Source of the DNA: Lepidodermella squamata
Taxonomy: Eukaryota; Animalia; Gastrotricha
NCBI GenBank assembly: GCA_047495785.1
Contig: JBLDXI010000052.1
Coordinates: 1-63,164, forward strand
Direction: 5' to 3'
DNA: 63,164 nucleotides
The position numbers and the translations under genes were made by a program. Below the pieces are notes generated by a model. That model was not told the DNA's origin. It did not search any database and was given only the letters and a program-made list of their open reading frames with translations. Positions 61,643 through 63,164 of the stretch are shown here, piece after piece (the first letter of the stretch is position 1; every line of letters starts with the position of its first letter).

Positions 61643-62794
61643 ATGCAGCGAAACTATGCACAGCGCATGACTATTGTTCCACTTGCGACACCTGGGCCAA
61701 CTCCAGCACAACAACAACAACAACAACCAAACGCGAGCGACTTGATTGCTGCTAAAACATTGCTGAGCAATCCTCTGCTTTTCAAACTAGTGCAGCTATT
61801 ACAGTCTTTAGACCGGGATGTGATAAACAACGCTAGTAGTAGTGATAATTCAGCCGATTTAGTGCGAAAACGTAACGAACTCATGCATGAGATTATGAAT
61901 TTGAAGAAGCTGGTAGTTTTACAAGGCAGTAGCCAGCCGCCAGCCGCTATTCCAATGTCGCCTGCACCAGCAGATCGAGCAGAATCGAGGCCGCGCTCTC
62001 CTCCTCCTCCTCCTCCTCCTCCTCCTCCTCCTCCTCCGCTGCCGCCGCCGCCGCTTCCTTCTGCTTCTTCTCCTCCTCCTCCTCCTCCTCCAAAAAAACA
62101 GCAGCAACAACAACTTGCGCGCCAACAACCTACTAAATTAACATCTAGTAATTTTGGTCAAGCGGCCGGGCCTAGCTATAACAACTATAACAGAGATTCG
62201 GGTATTGGCGGCTTTCAGCAGCAGTTTTCACCTAATACAACGCCACGACCTTCAACTGATAATAGCAGCAATTATGAATTTGATGATCTTCAAATGGATT
62301 TTCTATTCGCTGCCCCGCAAACATCATCGACTTCTAGCGCTGCAGCCACGACCGTCCTCAGCCACGATGATGTTGTTGTTGATCGGCCTAATGATGAGCA
62401 GCTGCCTACGAGAGGAGGGACCCCCCGCGCGCGCACCCCCCAGGCCCCTCGAGACAGCAACACAACAGCAGGGTCGTCTTCGTTTAGCGGCGATGAGGAC
62501 AGCAGCGGCAGCAATAGTGAAGAGCTGCAAGATGGTGCTGATAATGATGATAATCAAGCAGAAAGGCAAGAAGAAGCCGCTGCCGCTGAACCGATGGAAA
62601 TTGAGCTAGCTGGAGCAGCAACTGCAGCGGCAACGCCACGGAAGGGTCAAAAGCGCGGTAGAAAGCCACGTTCTATGACTGATCAAACACAAATATCACC
62701 ACCTGGAAAACTTTTCCGAAGAACGTCACAGCGTAAGATAAATAAAATCAACAAGTTTCAAGCTGGCACAGGGTTTTGGAGTTTATTCATGTAA
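61643..62794 (+). CDS. PZ-like protein with polyproline, polyglutamine and acidic low-complexity tracts
   Basis: N-terminal AQRMTIVP resembles the recalled PZ AxKMxLVP motif; (CCT)n tract stays in frame; C-terminal basic NLS-like segment. Confidence 0.65.
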   Translation: MQRNYAQRMTIVPLATPGPTPAQQQQQQPNASDLIAAKTLLSNPLLFKLVQLLQSLDRDVINNASSSDNSADLVRKRNELMHEIMNLKKLVVLQGSSQPPAAIPMSPAPADRAESRPRSPPPPPPPPPPPPPLPPPPLPSASSPPPPPPPKKQQQQQLARQQPTKLTSSNFGQAAGPSYNNYNRDSGIGGFQQQFSPNTTPRPSTDNSSNYEFDDLQMDFLFAAPQTSSTSSAAATTVLSHDDVVVDRPNDEQLPTRGGTPRARTPQAPRDSNTTAGSSSFSGDEDSSGSNSEELQDGADNDDNQAERQEEAAAAEPMEIELAGAATAAATPRKGQKRGRKPRSMTDQTQISPPGKLFRRTSQRKINKINKFQAGTGFWSLFM

Positions 62795-62801
62795 TAATCG
62801 A

Positions 62802-63164
62802 TCATTGATCAGCGCTATATCCATGTGGATAAGTTAGAAAGGAAGCATCGCCGGGGCGTAGCCAACGTTTATCATAGGTTAAACGAATCTTTTTTGTTAT
62901 ATGAACACAATGAATTTCCGATAACGGAGTATGCACTTTTTTAAACTGAGTCTGATCCAATTCAGCGATGACGCTGTTTTTGTTGTTATCACCCCGGCCC
63001 CCGCTTCCGCTGGTTTCGTTATCGTGGAGACTTTGTATTACATGCTTGATGAACAAGAAAAAATCGAGAAGACTGCGTGAATGAAAACTTTGACGTATTC
63101 CCTGCGCGTGACGTAAATAATAAAAAACAGAGGGCGTAACAACAAGTAGCAATTACCTTTAACA
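62802..63164 (-). CDS. polB: Protein-primed family B DNA polymerase, C-terminal part (last exon 63101-62802; rest outside the window)
   Basis: KKIRLTYDKRW…TYPHGY terminal motif; removing GTAATT…CGCAG (63156-63102) gives LK|GI. Confidence 0.85.

Larger units (their letters stand above)
51465..63164. mobile_element. Polinton/Maverick (adintovirus-like endogenous virus), left part; continues beyond the window
   Basis: AGTAGT terminus typical of Polintons; rve integrase with chromodomain, minor and major capsid, adenain-type protease, A32-like ATPase, pPolB C-terminus. Confidence 0.95.

Noticed and set aside
61654-62669. Antisense poly-Arg, poly-Cys and other shadow ORFs
   Set aside because: Alternative readings of microsatellites within the PZ-like gene

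Overview
Eukaryotic (metazoan, probably protostome) 45S rDNA tandem array on the minus strand. The unit is ~8.46 kb and each spacer carries a 5S gene on the opposite (+) strand. Visible: a partial 18S, five 28S-5.8S-18S units (one with an interrupted 28S) and a sixth 28S cut by an insertion. Three unrelated mobile elements sit in the array. (1) A GC-rich, 5'-truncated APE-type non-LTR retrotransposon in a spacer (18179-21422, 5-bp TSD, long 3' UTR with 65-bp repeats). (2) A non-coding ~1.96-kb insertion in 28S (41140-43094, 7-bp TSD, no true TIRs) containing an ~800-bp foldback and an 18S-like motif. (3) A Polinton/Maverick (adintovirus-like) element in 28S from 51465 to the window end. It encodes integrase, minor and major capsid, protease, packaging ATPase and pPolB, plus an unexpected TATA-binding-protein homolog, and has at least six, probably seven, 51-58-nt spliceosomal introns. 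Two spacer haplotypes occur in blocks. PacBio-barcode-like 16-mers at 1-16 and 30245-30261 mark read-end artefacts, so copy number and the indels in unit 4 are unreliable. rRNA ends are estimated by eye (a few nt uncertainty).
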